From Candidatus Latescibacterota bacterium (lineage in GTDB: Bacteria; Latescibacterota; UBA2968; UBA8231): 64,000 nt of DNA. The notes beneath the pieces are model-generated. The model was not told the origin of the DNA. It saw nothing but the letters and a program-made list of their open reading frames with translations, and searched no databases. Each line of letters starts with the position of its first letter. The first letter of the stretch is position 1. Positions 20,909-30,860 of this stretch are shown in pieces. The DNA lies in NCBI GenBank assembly GCA_965206595.1, contig OZ242214.1, positions 3,968,001-4,032,000 of the forward strand, read 5' to 3'. Made by a program: the position numbers and the translations under genes.

Positions 20909-22246
20909 CTACAGTTCATATTTTTCAAATTTGTAGCGGAACGTGGTTCGTTCGATACCGAGCAATTTCGCGGCGTCAGCTTTGACCTTGTTTGCCTTTA
21001 GATAGGCATCCCACAAGAGCTGCTTTTCAAAAGCCTCGACGCGCTCCGTCAATGTGCCGCTTTCTACGTGATGTTCAGGCGATTGAACGTTTAGCGAGAG
21101 GTCATCAGGTGTAATCGCGTTCCCCTGCGCCAACACAACGGCGCGTTCGATGGCGTTCTCGAGTTCCCTGACATTGCCCGCCCAAGAGTACGTGGTCAGC
21201 AACTCCATTGCGCTGGGATGCACTGACGACACCTTCTTGCCGATCTCGGCGTTGTACTTGAGCAGGAAATGGGCCACGAGCAGCGGAATGTCTTCGCGAC
21301 GTTCGCGCAAAGGCGGGACGTCGATTGGTACTACATTGAGGCGATAGTACAGGTCTTCACGGAATGCCCCTTCCCTGATGCGGTCGGCCAGGTTTTGATT
21401 GGTCGCGGCGACAAGTCGGACATCGACGGAGATCGAGCGGGTTCCCCCGACGCGCTCGAACTCCCGTTCCTGCAGGACGCGCAGCAGTTTGACCTGCATC
21501 GCCGGCGTACTCTCGCCGATCTCATCGAGAAACAACGTACCGCCATCCGCGATCTCAAAACGTCCTGGTTTCATCTTTACGGCCTGGGTAAATGCGCCTT
21601 TCTCATGGCCGAAAAGTTCGCTTTCCAGCACGCCCTCTGCCAGGGCAGCGCAATTGACTTTGACAAAGGGTTTTTCCCGGCGCGTGCTATGCTGGTGGAT
21701 GGCACGGGCAACGAGCTCTTTCCCAGTGCCGCTTTCCCCGCCGATAAGCACGGTCGACTGGGTCGACCCGACCGTTTGTATCCTGCGAAAGACCGCTTGC
21801 ATTTTAGGGCTTTCACCCATGATCTCGTCAAAGCCGTAACGTAGCTCGTCTTCTCGGCGCAGGTACGCGTTTTCCTTACTGAGACGGCGTCCTCCAAGGG
21901 CTTGTTCAATTTTTATTTCTATCTGTTCAAGCGTGTACGGTTTGGTTATAAAATCCACCGCCCCCTTTTGCATGGCTTCAACGGCCAACTCGATCGTGCC
22001 AAAAGCCGTCATCATTACGACACTCGTTTCCGGCGAGGTCTCGGCAATGGCTGCGAGGACTTCAACCCCGGTCTTCTTTGGCATCTGAATATCAACCATG
22101 GCCAAATCGAAAAAAAACTCCTTGACCGCGGCGATCGCATCCTCTCCGTCAAATGCAACATGGGTCGAATGCCCCAGCCCCCCAAGCGCGAGGGCGAGCC
22201 CTTCTCTGGTGCTTTTATGGTCATCGGCGATCAGTATCCGGCTCAT
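20909..22246 (-). CDS. Sigma54-dependent NtrC-family response regulator
   Basis: Receiver (ILIADD, DIQMP), GESGTGKE, ESELFGHEKGAFTQA, LFLDEIG, FREDLYYRLNV, Fis-type HTH. Confidence 0.95.
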   Translation of the reverse strand: MSRILIADDHKSTREGLALALGGLGHSTHVAFDGEDAIAAVKEFFFDLAMVDIQMPKKTGVEVLAAIAETSPETSVVMMTAFGTIELAVEAMQKGAVDFITKPYTLEQIEIKIEQALGGRRLSKENAYLRREDELRYGFDEIMGESPKMQAVFRRIQTVGSTQSTVLIGGESGTGKELVARAIHQHSTRREKPFVKVNCAALAEGVLESELFGHEKGAFTQAVKMKPGRFEIADGGTLFLDEIGESTPAMQVKLLRVLQEREFERVGGTRSISVDVRLVAATNQNLADRIREGAFREDLYYRLNVVPIDVPPLRERREDIPLLVAHFLLKYNAEIGKKVSSVHPSAMELLTTYSWAGNVRELENAIERAVVLAQGNAITPDDLSLNVQSPEHHVESGTLTERVEAFEKQLLWDAYLKANKVKADAAKLLGIERTTFRYKFEKYEL

Positions 22247-23703
22247 GTCCGTCTCTCTCGTTCCATAGTCGTCGGCAATTTGAGGGCAAACGTCGTACCG
22301 CCGCCATGCTTACTCGTGCATTCAATCGTTCCTCGGTGATGCTCGACCAGCCGTTTTACGATTGCCGACCCCAGCCCCGTGCCCTTGTTTTTAGTGGTAA
22401 AAAACGGGATAAAAGCGCGTTCCGCCGTCTCGGCGGACATACCCACTCCGGTATCCCGAACCTCGACGCGGATGGCATCTGCGTCCGCATCGACAAAACC
22501 TTCGACGGCGATGGTTCCGCCCCGGTCGATTGCTTGCGCGGCATTCTTGAGCAGATTGGTGAACACCCATTTGAGTTGGTCGGCGTCTGCTTCGATTGTG
22601 GGCAAGGTGTCCAGGTTTACCGTTTGAACCTCGATAGTGTCCGCACGCAACTCCGCATCGAAGAGTGCCAGTACTGAAGCGACTACGTCCGACAAGTCCA
22701 CCGCCTCGGCCTGCAACGGCGTCGGACGCGCAAAGTCCAGAAATTCGCTGACCAGTTGGTTCAATGACTGCACTTCCCCATCTACTTGTTCAATCAGTTG
22801 CTCCGCCTTTGGGTCGGCCGGGATCTGGCGTTTGAGCAAGCCTAGGAAAATTCGCATCCCGTTAAGCGGGTTTCTGACTTCATGGGCGAGCCCTGCCGAT
22901 AGCTGTCGAAGCTCCTCGGCCATGCGCGACACCTGCTGGTCCCGCTCTTGAATCGCGATACTCATCTCGTTGAATGTCGTGGCTAGCACGCCAACTTCGT
23001 CTTTACTGCGCGTTTCAACCTGCGTCCCGAATGCCCCGGCCTTAATCTGTTGGGTCGCTTGCGAGAGTCTCTCAATCGGCACGACGATCGACCGAGCTAA
23101 AAAGATGCTGAGGACGAGTGCAAAAACCACACCAACGACGCCGATGAGTACCATGTTGCGGCTCATCCTCGCAAGGCTTTCAAGGAACAGCACACTGGCA
23201 TCCACGGCGAGGATGGCGACGATATCACCGTGTTCGTCGTGGATGGGCGCATACGCAGATCGGTAAAAAGCATCGTCTTTGCCGTGAAAGGCGACTGAAG
23301 CGGCCCATATCCCTCCCTTGGCTTGATCAAGATGGATTCTGTCTTCGCCCAGTGAGTGGTATTGACTGCCAATGGGCACATCAAGGCGGGAATCAACGAG
23401 GCTTTTGTATTCAAGGTCGAGCACGTACATCGCCTGCGCGTCGGAAGCATCGCGCATGGACTGCAGCTTTTTTTGCAGCGTTCGGTACAACCGCGTGCCT
23501 TCGCCGCCCGGCTGGAGTGCGCGCAAGTAGCTTCCATTGAGTTGTGCTGCAGAGGTCTTGGCCACCGCCACGAGCCGTTCGCCCATCTCGGCGTCGAGCG
23601 CACGCTTTGCCGTGTCGTAAAATAGATAACTACTAGCCGTCAAAACCAAGACCACGAGCAGCGCAATGGTGAGGGTTGTCTTGGTTTGGAGGCGAACCTT
23701 CAT
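22243..23703 (-). CDS. HAMP-domain sensor histidine kinase
   Basis: Two TM helices, HAMP, AHEVRNPL H-box, NLLKNA, DTGVGM, FFTTK, GTGLG; overlaps the regulator start. Confidence 0.93.
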   Translation of the reverse strand: MKVRLQTKTTLTIALLVVLVLTASSYLFYDTAKRALDAEMGERLVAVAKTSAAQLNGSYLRALQPGGEGTRLYRTLQKKLQSMRDASDAQAMYVLDLEYKSLVDSRLDVPIGSQYHSLGEDRIHLDQAKGGIWAASVAFHGKDDAFYRSAYAPIHDEHGDIVAILAVDASVLFLESLARMSRNMVLIGVVGVVFALVLSIFLARSIVVPIERLSQATQQIKAGAFGTQVETRSKDEVGVLATTFNEMSIAIQERDQQVSRMAEELRQLSAGLAHEVRNPLNGMRIFLGLLKRQIPADPKAEQLIEQVDGEVQSLNQLVSEFLDFARPTPLQAEAVDLSDVVASVLALFDAELRADTIEVQTVNLDTLPTIEADADQLKWVFTNLLKNAAQAIDRGGTIAVEGFVDADADAIRVEVRDTGVGMSAETAERAFIPFFTTKNKGTGLGSAIVKRLVEHHRGTIECTSKHGGGTTFALKLPTTMERERRT

Positions 23704-23801
23704 GCGTTTTTTCACACGTAGTAATTTATTGAATAACAGCCGGAAAAAAATGGGTCCATGGCGGGGCCCCCGTGGCGCGCAACAAAACATTTTGAGCCTT
23801 C

Positions 23802-23864
23802 GCCGAATTTATCGGGAAAATGTCCTTCTCGGCAAATTTCTGCCTTCACGGCGAAAATTTGCCG
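23802..23864. promoter_or_regulatory. Candidate enhancer (UAS) sites for the NtrC-family activator
   Basis: Three related dyads CCGAATTTATCGG, GGCAAATTTCTGCC, CGGCGAAAATTTGCCG, about 50-115 bp upstream of a sigma54 promoter. Confidence 0.5.
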
Positions 23865-23915
23865 CGTCCGTCCCAGATTCTACCCCAAACCCCCTTTGAT
23901 TCAGTGGGAAATTGG

Positions 23916-23932
23916 TTGGCACGGAGATTGCT
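23916..23932 (+). promoter_or_regulatory. Sigma54 (-24/-12) promoter
   Basis: TTGGCACGGAGATTGCT matches TGGCACG-N4-TTGCW; divergent from a sigma54 activator operon. Confidence 0.88.
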
Positions 23933-23999
23933 TCATCCGGAGGTGTCCAATGCCATGGCGAAAAAGGGAGAGAACCAAGCTGTTCATCGGCTGTCTGAC

Positions 24000-24029
24000 A
24001 GGGTAGCGGGCAAATCCGCCCGCTACCCT
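24000..24029. repeat. GTAG-headed REP-like hairpin
   Basis: AGGGTAGCGGGC-AAATCC-GCCCGCTACCCT, perfect 12-bp stem. Confidence 0.55.
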
Positions 24030-24065
24030 TCCCGTTAACCTATCTACCTACTAAGGGGGATAGAG

Positions 24066-24620
24066 ATGTTTGCACTTACGATTCTTGCACTGGTGCTGTG
24101 GGGATGCAGCGACAGAGAGGCTTCCCCGATGGCACCCTTTGGAGGTTCGCTCTGCGATCCAGCAGGGAAGATCTCCGACAACGACAACGGCGGTGAGGGC
24201 AGCGGCGAACATGGTCGCGGCGGTGAAGACGGCAACGAAGGTATAGAAAGCAGCGAAGGCAGAGAGGGTGGCGGGGAAGAATCCGCTACTCAATACGCAC
24301 GAGCTGACACCTTCGATGAAGTGAGGGCCGGTGCCCGTCTGATCATATCCTATTATGAAGATGCCGGGGAATTCAGAGGCACGGTCGAGAACACCACTGA
24401 CGGCACTCTACAGCAGGTTCGGGTAGAAGTCCATCTGTCCAACGGCGTTGAACTTGGACCCACAACGCCAACAGATATGGCCCCTGGGGAAACCATCGAG
24501 GTAGTCTTGGCTGTTCTGGAAAATGACCGCGATTTCTCCACCTATGGAGCCCATCCAGAGGTCGGATCGTCTGAACAGGAGGACAGTGCTACCGTCGTCC
24601 TTGACGTCGGGGAATGCTGA
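24066..24620 (+). CDS. Hypothetical lipoprotein with Gly/Glu-rich linker and beta-sandwich-like domain
   Basis: Lipobox LWGC; linker GGEGSGEHGRGGE; domain GTVENTT..VRVEVHLSNGVELGPT. Confidence 0.75.
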   Translation: MFALTILALVLWGCSDREASPMAPFGGSLCDPAGKISDNDNGGEGSGEHGRGGEDGNEGIESSEGREGGGEESATQYARADTFDEVRAGARLIISYYEDAGEFRGTVENTTDGTLQQVRVEVHLSNGVELGPTTPTDMAPGETIEVVLAVLENDRDFSTYGAHPEVGSSEQEDSATVVLDVGEC

Positions 24621-24622
24621 AA

Positions 24623-24655
24623 AAGAGAGGGGCGGGCAATCGTCCTGTCCCTCTT
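24623..24655 (+). terminator. Possible intrinsic terminator
   Basis: Imperfect hairpin AAGAGAGGGGCGGGC-AATC-GTCCTGTCCCTCTT right after the stop, followed by a pyrimidine-rich tract. Confidence 0.45.
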
Positions 24656-24740
24656 ATTCTCTTCACTCCTTGAAATAAAGGTAACCGTTCAGTTCCCTGG
24701 CAGATTGGGGCCGGGGGCGGAATGGTAGCAGGTTAAGTTG

Positions 24741-26218
24741 TTACGAAGGGTGGGGTGGGTTGGAGGCAGCAGCGAGGGCGCCGGCTGTTGCGACACCGCA
24801 GCCTGACAGGCCACCCTGAGATAGTCGAGGACGTTGCGCTGTTGCTGGCGCAGGGTATCGCGCACCGTGAGCAGACGCTCTACAAAACGGCTGCCTCCGG
24901 CACTGTGGGTGCCGATTGGGGGTAAAGCACTCCATTATGGATTCCGGTATCCGTGCTTTTTTACCTCCAAAAGCTGGTGTGACGCCACAGCACGCCATGA
25001 CGAAGGGCTCGTTCGGCTTCGTTGTTGGTCGGCTCGACGCCTTGTGTGCGCACGAAGGTCCACCGGGCCGGCCCGAGGTCTCGGAGGTTGGCGCAGGTGG
25101 CCGCCGTCTTGGCGTCGGCGAACTGCTGACCATACCCCAAGTAGGTATGAAACCGCCCACGCAAGCCGCTGACGTAGACCTGGAAGCTGGACCGTTGCAA
25201 GGTGCCGTCGCGGACGCGGTGCCACCAGCCAAACACCTGGTCGCTGGAATCCAACAGCCGTTGCCCGACCCAGGCGGCCTCCCACGAACTCCTCGAAGGT
25301 GCGCCGCAGATGCGCCCAGCAGACGTGCCGGCGTCGAAGCGGCAGATGCCCATAGGCCGAATAGCGATCGGAGCCGACCACCGCCCGGGTATCGGCCCCC
25401 AGCACCTCATCGACCCCGTCCCGTCCCCGGCCTTTTCGAATGGCGAACACGGTGACGCCCTCCGTCACTGCGGTCCACAACCAGGCCTTGGCGCGGCGCT
25501 GCCGCCAGCCGGTCTCGTCGACGTTGACTATGGGCTGTCGGCGAACAAAGGCGCGCGCCTCCTCGACCGCACCCGCCAGGGCCGCGGCCACCTCCTGTTG
25601 CAGTCGGCTGACCGTGCCCAGCGACACCTCAAGCCCGAAGGCGTCGGACAACAGCGACTGAATGTTGCGCTTGCTCATCCGGTAGGCCCCGGCCAACAGG
25701 CCGACCCAGGCCTGCACGCTGGGGCCGAAGGTGTGCCGCGACACGCCCTCGGGCCAACCGGCTTCGGTCAGGCGGTCGCAGTGAGCGCAGCGCAGGGTGT
25801 GCAACTGATACTCGATGACCTCGGCGCGCAGCGCAGGGAGGACGACTTCCTGGTGACGCTGCGGATGAGGATCGTCTCCCGTCAACGGGTGCCCGCATCC
25901 GTGGCACTGGCTGGGCTTGACCGGGATCCGTTCGTCCACCTGCTCGACGGTTACCCACGAGCGGCCGGGTCCTTCGTGCCCGGGCTGTGCGCCCGGCGAG
26001 CGCCCCGAGGATCGGCGTCGCGAGGCATCGGTGCGCGGCGAAGAGGAAGCGCCCGATTCCGAGGAGGCGGCTCCCCGGCGGGATCGTCCCTTGCGGCGGG
26101 CCAATTCCTGCTCCAGCTCGGCGAGGCGCGCCGTCAGTTGTTCCACGATCTGCTCGAGCTGGGCAATACGCTTGCGCAAGTCGCTTGCGGAAATCGCACT
26201 CTCAGGAGGTCTTTTCAT
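24741..26218 (-). pseudogene. IS66 transposase, disrupted
   Basis: GAQPGHEG, C..C zinc finger, VDETGW, SDRYSAY, CWAHL.R, EPTNNEAERALR; frameshift near 25280 and a 56-bp insertion at 24916-24971. Confidence 0.9.
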
Positions 26219-26291
26219 GGGGGTCGCCGTATCCGGAAAAATCAAAAACACACACCCAATCCCGAAGATACCGACGGACCTGAAAACACGC

Positions 26292-27458
26292 TAGTGTAGT
26301 GTCCGTTAAATGGAAGGAATTAACCCTGCTCGGCTTCCAGCGCCTGCCGGGCGCGTTGGATCTTGCGCAGGATGTCCTCGCCTCGCGCCTTCCACTTGTA
26401 GGGCTTGGGGTTCCGGTTCCTCTCGGCCAGATAGCTTTCGATGTCTTTCACCAGCGCTTTGACGCTGGAGAAGCTGCCATCGCGGATCACGTCCTGCGTC
26501 AGTTCGCCGAAGAAGCGTTCGATCAGGTTTAACCAGGACGAACCGGTCGGAGTGAAATGGAGGTGAAAGCGCGGGTGCCGAGACAGCCCCTGTTTGACCC
26601 TGTCTTCTTTGTGCGTGCTGTAGTTGTCGACGATCAGGTGCAGATCCAACTCCTTCGGGGTTTCTCGGTCGATCTGTTTCAAGAAGCGCAGCCACTCCAC
26701 GTGGGTGTGCTGCTCCTCGGTGCGCGCGATGAGCTTGCCGTCCAGGTAGTTCAACGCGGCAAACAGGGTGATCGTCCCGTGGCGTTTGTAGTCGTGCGTC
26801 CTGGTGCGAAGCTCCCCCACGCCCAAAGGCAAGCCCGGCTGACTGCGCTCCAACGCCTGACACGGGCACTTCTCGTCGCAACACAGGACCAGGGCCTTTT
26901 CGGGGGGATCGAGATACAGTCCGATCACATCCCAAAACTTCTCTTCAAAGCGCTTGTCATTGGACACCTTGAAGGTCTTGGTCAAATGGGGCTTGATGTC
27001 GTTGGCCTTCCAGATGCGGTGCACGCTGTCCGGCGACATCCCCACGGCTTGAGCCATGGTGCGAACCGTCCACCGCGTACGCGGTTTCGGCGGCTGCGTC
27101 GCAGCGGTGATGACCTGCTCGACCTTATCGGAGGGAAGAGAGGGCGGTCGCCCGCGCCCCTTCGCATCCTGCAACCCGTCCAAACCGTCGCGTTCGAAGC
27201 GTTGCGACCACTTGTTCACACACGCCACGCTGACCCCAAGCTCCCGGGCCACCTGCGCCTGTTTGATCCCTTCGGCGCGACGCAAGATAATCGCCGCGCG
27301 CAGGCTATCGCGCGGCGACGCGGTCGACGCTTTGACGCGGCCTTCAAGCGCTTGTCTTTCCGGTTCGGTAAGGTCCACTTTGGAGATGGGTCGGGCCATA
27401 CCGGAAAGATAATACGGGGGAATCAGTTAATGCAACCCATTTCTCGGACGCCACGCTA
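26292..27458 (-). mobile_element. IS630-family element inserted at CTAG inside the IS66
   Basis: Imperfect TIRs TAGTGTAGTGTCCGTTAAATGG vs TAGCGTGGCGTCCGAGAAATGG (reverse complement of the other end); TA at both ends. Confidence 0.9.
26320..27399 (-). CDS. IS630 family transposase (intact)
   Basis: HTH N-terminus, CCDEK, THDYKRHGT, VDNYSTH, HFTPTGSSWLNLIERFF. Confidence 0.95.
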   Translation of the reverse strand: MARPISKVDLTEPERQALEGRVKASTASPRDSLRAAIILRRAEGIKQAQVARELGVSVACVNKWSQRFERDGLDGLQDAKGRGRPPSLPSDKVEQVITAATQPPKPRTRWTVRTMAQAVGMSPDSVHRIWKANDIKPHLTKTFKVSNDKRFEEKFWDVIGLYLDPPEKALVLCCDEKCPCQALERSQPGLPLGVGELRTRTHDYKRHGTITLFAALNYLDGKLIARTEEQHTHVEWLRFLKQIDRETPKELDLHLIVDNYSTHKEDRVKQGLSRHPRFHLHFTPTGSSWLNLIERFFGELTQDVIRDGSFSSVKALVKDIESYLAERNRNPKPYKWKARGEDILRKIQRARQALEAEQG

Positions 27459-27593
27459 GGTATTTTTTTAGATGCTCAAACTACAACTGCAGGGGACTGA
27501 ACGGTTACAAATAAAGTTACATCCCCCCGGGCGACCTTGCGCTGGTCCATCGGTTCAGGCCGTCCAACCGTGGGACATTTGTATTTGAAACGA

Positions 27594-28448
27594 CTACGTC
27601 GGATGCTCGAAAAGCCGTATCGGCCCGGGGTGAATCCGGGCGATGGTGAAGCGAGAGCTCGGCATCGCGGAAGTGTAGGCCGCCCCGGTATCGATCATCC
27701 ACAGATTTGCGATCCTAACTGCCCGCTGTCCACGGGCGTGCCCACAGATGACGCACGCCACGCGCCCTTCTACCGCAGGAGCCTTTTCGGCGGAGCCGCC
27801 GTAGACGAAGCGCTCCATGCGGCGCCGGGACCATATCGCGCAATAGCTGTCCTCGCGGCTTCCGGTCCGGAGCGCGGAGAGAAACTCCTCCCAGGTGCGG
27901 TCCTCGGGAACATCGGCATGGACGATCCCGACCGGCCCCATCTCGCAATCCACCTCCGCGGCAAACGGCAGGGAAGAGAACGCCTGCACGTAGGCAGGCC
28001 GCCCGGATACGGGGACCGAATTCCACCACCCGCCGCCGTTGTAGTTCACCCACAGGTCGTGCTCCTCCCCCCGTTCCCCCGCGGGACCCGCGGCCGCGTC
28101 GAGAAGGAACTGATCGTGGTTGCCGCGAATGGCGTGGAACCAGCAGCGCCCGGTCAGCCACTGCAGGACGGCATTGGATTCCGGGCCGCGGTCGATCAGG
28201 TCCCCCACCGAAAACAGCCGGTCTCTGCCGGGGTCGAAGGACAGCTCGTCGAGGAAGTTTTCGAGGGCGGCGAACATCCCGTGGATATCGCCGACGACGA
28301 AGTCCCTGCCCCGCTCGTTGCGCGCGAAGGTCCTGACGGCTCCGTCCCCGCCCAAGGCCGCAGATACGAAGGTCAGGCGGTCCCTGATCACTTCGAGTTC
28401 CCAGATCGGCCTTCTCGACGGCCCTGGGCCAGTTTCCATGTCCTGCAT
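27594..28448 (-). CDS. Metallophosphoesterase, PphA/lambda-phosphatase-like Ser/Thr phosphatase
   Basis: GDIHG, SVGDLIDRGP, RGNHD, VHAD, CGH, IDTGA. Start uncertain. Confidence 0.88.
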   Translation of the reverse strand: MQDMETGPGPSRRPIWELEVIRDRLTFVSAALGGDGAVRTFARNERGRDFVVGDIHGMFAALENFLDELSFDPGRDRLFSVGDLIDRGPESNAVLQWLTGRCWFHAIRGNHDQFLLDAAAGPAGERGEEHDLWVNYNGGGWWNSVPVSGRPAYVQAFSSLPFAAEVDCEMGPVGIVHADVPEDRTWEEFLSALRTGSREDSYCAIWSRRRMERFVYGGSAEKAPAVEGRVACVICGHARGQRAVRIANLWMIDTGAAYTSAMPSSRFTIARIHPGPIRLFEHPT

Positions 28449-28641
28449 CCTCGTCTGCAAGCGTGGGCTGCGGCTTTGTCGCTTTGTTGATGGGGAGCAT
28501 CTGGCGCACCTGGCTACCGGCCCGGCCTGCAACTGGTAAGATACACGTGGCTGTGGGCATGCCGCCCCGAAGCCGGGTTGCGCTCCTGCTCTCCTCCTAT
28601 ATTGAGATCTGGAAATGGCTTCCCACACCCGGCCACCTGCC

Positions 28642-29379
28642 ATGAAAACCATCCCGGCAGCGCTGCTGCTCCTGCTCTCCCTTCCGGTCGCCGTCGGCGC
28701 TCCCGGGGAAATGACGCCCCGAGAGATTCTCGACCGCTTCGACGACCTCTACCGCGGCGACTCCTCGCGCGCGGTCATGGCGATGACGGTGGTCACCGAA
28801 CACTGGGCGCGCGAGCTGAAGCTCGAGGCCTGGAGCCGGGGAAGGGAGAAGTCGCTGTTCCGCATCCTGTCGCCGCGCAAGGAAAAGGGGACGGCCACCC
28901 TGAAGTCGGGCCGGCAGATGTGGAACTACCTGCCCAAGGTCAACCGCGTCATCAAGGTGCCGTCGTCGATGATGGGCGGCTCCTGGATGGGCAGCCACTT
29001 CACCAACGACGACCTCGTCAAGGACAGCCGCATGGCCGACGATTACGACTTCGAGTACGGCGAGGCCGGCTCAGGGGAGATCGCCGTGGTCTGCATCCCC
29101 AAACCGGATGCGGCGGTGGTCTGGGGCAAGGTGGTGGTCCGGATGCGCAGCGCCGACTGGATGCCGGTCGCGGTCGAGTACTTCGACGAGGACATGGAGC
29201 CGGCCCGGACCATGAGCTTCGGCGACTACCGCGAGGTAGGGGAGCGCCTGATTCCGCTGCGCATGCGCATCGCCCCCGCGGACGAGCCGGACGAGCACAC
29301 CGAGATCCGCTACGAGGAGATCGAGTTCGACCTTCCCCTCGCCGAGGACCTCTTCTCGCTGCGCAGCCTGCGCGAGTAG
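28642..29379 (+). CDS. LolA-like outer-membrane lipoprotein-sorting protein
   Basis: Signal peptide; SPRKEKGTATL, MWNYLPKVNRVIK, SWMGSHFTNDDL. Confidence 0.85.
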   Translation: MKTIPAALLLLLSLPVAVGAPGEMTPREILDRFDDLYRGDSSRAVMAMTVVTEHWARELKLEAWSRGREKSLFRILSPRKEKGTATLKSGRQMWNYLPKVNRVIKVPSSMMGGSWMGSHFTNDDLVKDSRMADDYDFEYGEAGSGEIAVVCIPKPDAAVVWGKVVVRMRSADWMPVAVEYFDEDMEPARTMSFGDYREVGERLIPLRMRIAPADEPDEHTEIRYEEIEFDLPLAEDLFSLRSLRE

Positions 29380-29552
29380 CGTATAAATGCGTTCCCTGGC
29401 CATGGGAGCATCGGATGTTTTTCAACCTTTTGGAAAACCACGGATCGACACCGGATTCAACGTAAAATCCCGTGGTTTTCTCGCTCCCCAAAGCCTGACA
29501 GGTTTGGTCCGGACGCTGTGGGGATTTCTGCCGAGAGGAGAATCCGGAATAA

Positions 29553-30788
29553 TTGCCTGACGCAACCCTGGCCATTGCCTGGCGCAACATCATGCGCAAG
29601 CCGCGGCGGACCGCGGTGACGGTGGCCGCCGTCGCCCTGAACACGGCCGTGCTCATCTTCACCTACGCGATGATGGACGGCATGATCGCGCAGCTGGTGC
29701 ACAGCTCGCGGCACACCTACGTCGGCGACGTGCAGCTGCACGCCCCGGGGTACCGCGCCGACCGCTCGATATACAAGAGCCTCCCCGAGCCGCAGGCCCT
29801 GCTCGACAGGGCGGCCGCCGCCGGCTTCGGGGCCGCGGCCCGCAGCTTCGGCTTCGGCCTGGTCTCGTGCGGCGCCAAGTCCGCGGGCGCCAGCTACTGG
29901 GGCATCGATCCGGCCGCGGAGAGCAGCACCTTCGAGATGGCCGGCAAGCTCCAGCGGGGCCGCTTCCTGTCGGCGCGGGCGCAGTCCGAGGTGGTGATCG
30001 GACGCCGGCTCGCCCGCAGTCTGCAGGCGGACGTCGGCTCGGAGATCGTCGCCGTGGTGCAGGCCGCGGACGGCTCCCTCGGCAACGATCTCTTCCAGGT
30101 CGCCGGCATCCTGCAAAGCGTCGGCGAGGAGATCGACCGCGGCGGCATCCTCATGCACAGGGACGACTTCGACCGCCTTTTCGTCGCCGACGGACGCGTC
30201 CACGAGGTCGCCCTCCTCGGCAACGGCGCCGCCGCCGAGGAGGTGGCGGCCCTGTACGCCGGCCGGGAAGAGGAGGGGCAGGCCCTGGTGGCCGAGACCT
30301 GGCGCGAGCTGCTGCCCACCCTGTCCGACATGCTCAATGTCTCCGGCGCCTCGATGGGGATCTTCTCCGTCATCTTCCTGCTGGCCGCCGGCCTCGGCGT
30401 TCTCAACACGATGTTCATGGCCACCCACGACCGGGTGCGTGAGTTCGGCATGCTGAAGGCCCTCGGCACCCGGCCGCGTCGCATCGTCGGCGACGTCCTC
30501 GTCGAGGCGCTGGTGCTGTCGGGGTTCGCCTCCTTGATCGGGGCGGTTCTCGGCAGCGGGGTCAGCCTCTATTTCGAGGCCTCGGGCGGCCTCGACCTGA
30601 CGCGCTGGCAGGGGGAATCGCTGACCATGTCGGGGATGCCGATCGCCGCGGTCTACCAGTTCTCCCTGCATCCGGGGAGGGTGGCGACTGCGGTCGTCTC
30701 GATGTCGGCGGTCTGCGCCGCCGCGGCGCTGTTTCCCGCGCTCAAGGCGGCGCGCCTCGACCCGGTGGCGGCGATGACCCATCAGTGA
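29553..30788 (+). CDS. ABC transporter permease (LolE/FtsX-like)
   Basis: IAWRNIMRKPRRT, NTMFMA..DRVREFGMLKALG, FPALKAARLDPV; TTG start. Confidence 0.9.
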   Translation: MPDATLAIAWRNIMRKPRRTAVTVAAVALNTAVLIFTYAMMDGMIAQLVHSSRHTYVGDVQLHAPGYRADRSIYKSLPEPQALLDRAAAAGFGAAARSFGFGLVSCGAKSAGASYWGIDPAAESSTFEMAGKLQRGRFLSARAQSEVVIGRRLARSLQADVGSEIVAVVQAADGSLGNDLFQVAGILQSVGEEIDRGGILMHRDDFDRLFVADGRVHEVALLGNGAAAEEVAALYAGREEEGQALVAETWRELLPTLSDMLNVSGASMGIFSVIFLLAAGLGVLNTMFMATHDRVREFGMLKALGTRPRRIVGDVLVEALVLSGFASLIGAVLGSGVSLYFEASGGLDLTRWQGESLTMSGMPIAAVYQFSLHPGRVATAVVSMSAVCAAAALFPALKAARLDPVAAMTHQ

Positions 30789-30860
30789 GGGCAGCGGCGC
30801 AACGGAACGACGCACCTTCAGCGACGTATCGGCGGCAACGGGTAATCAGTACCATCTGAC

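Larger units (their letters stand above)
24681..27508 (-). mobile_element. IS66-family element (single-ORF type), interrupted by IS630
   Basis: TIRs GTAACCGTTCAGTTCCCTG / CAGGGGACTGAACGGTTAC; 8-bp target duplication AAATAAAG at 24673-24680 and 27509-27516. Confidence 0.93.
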
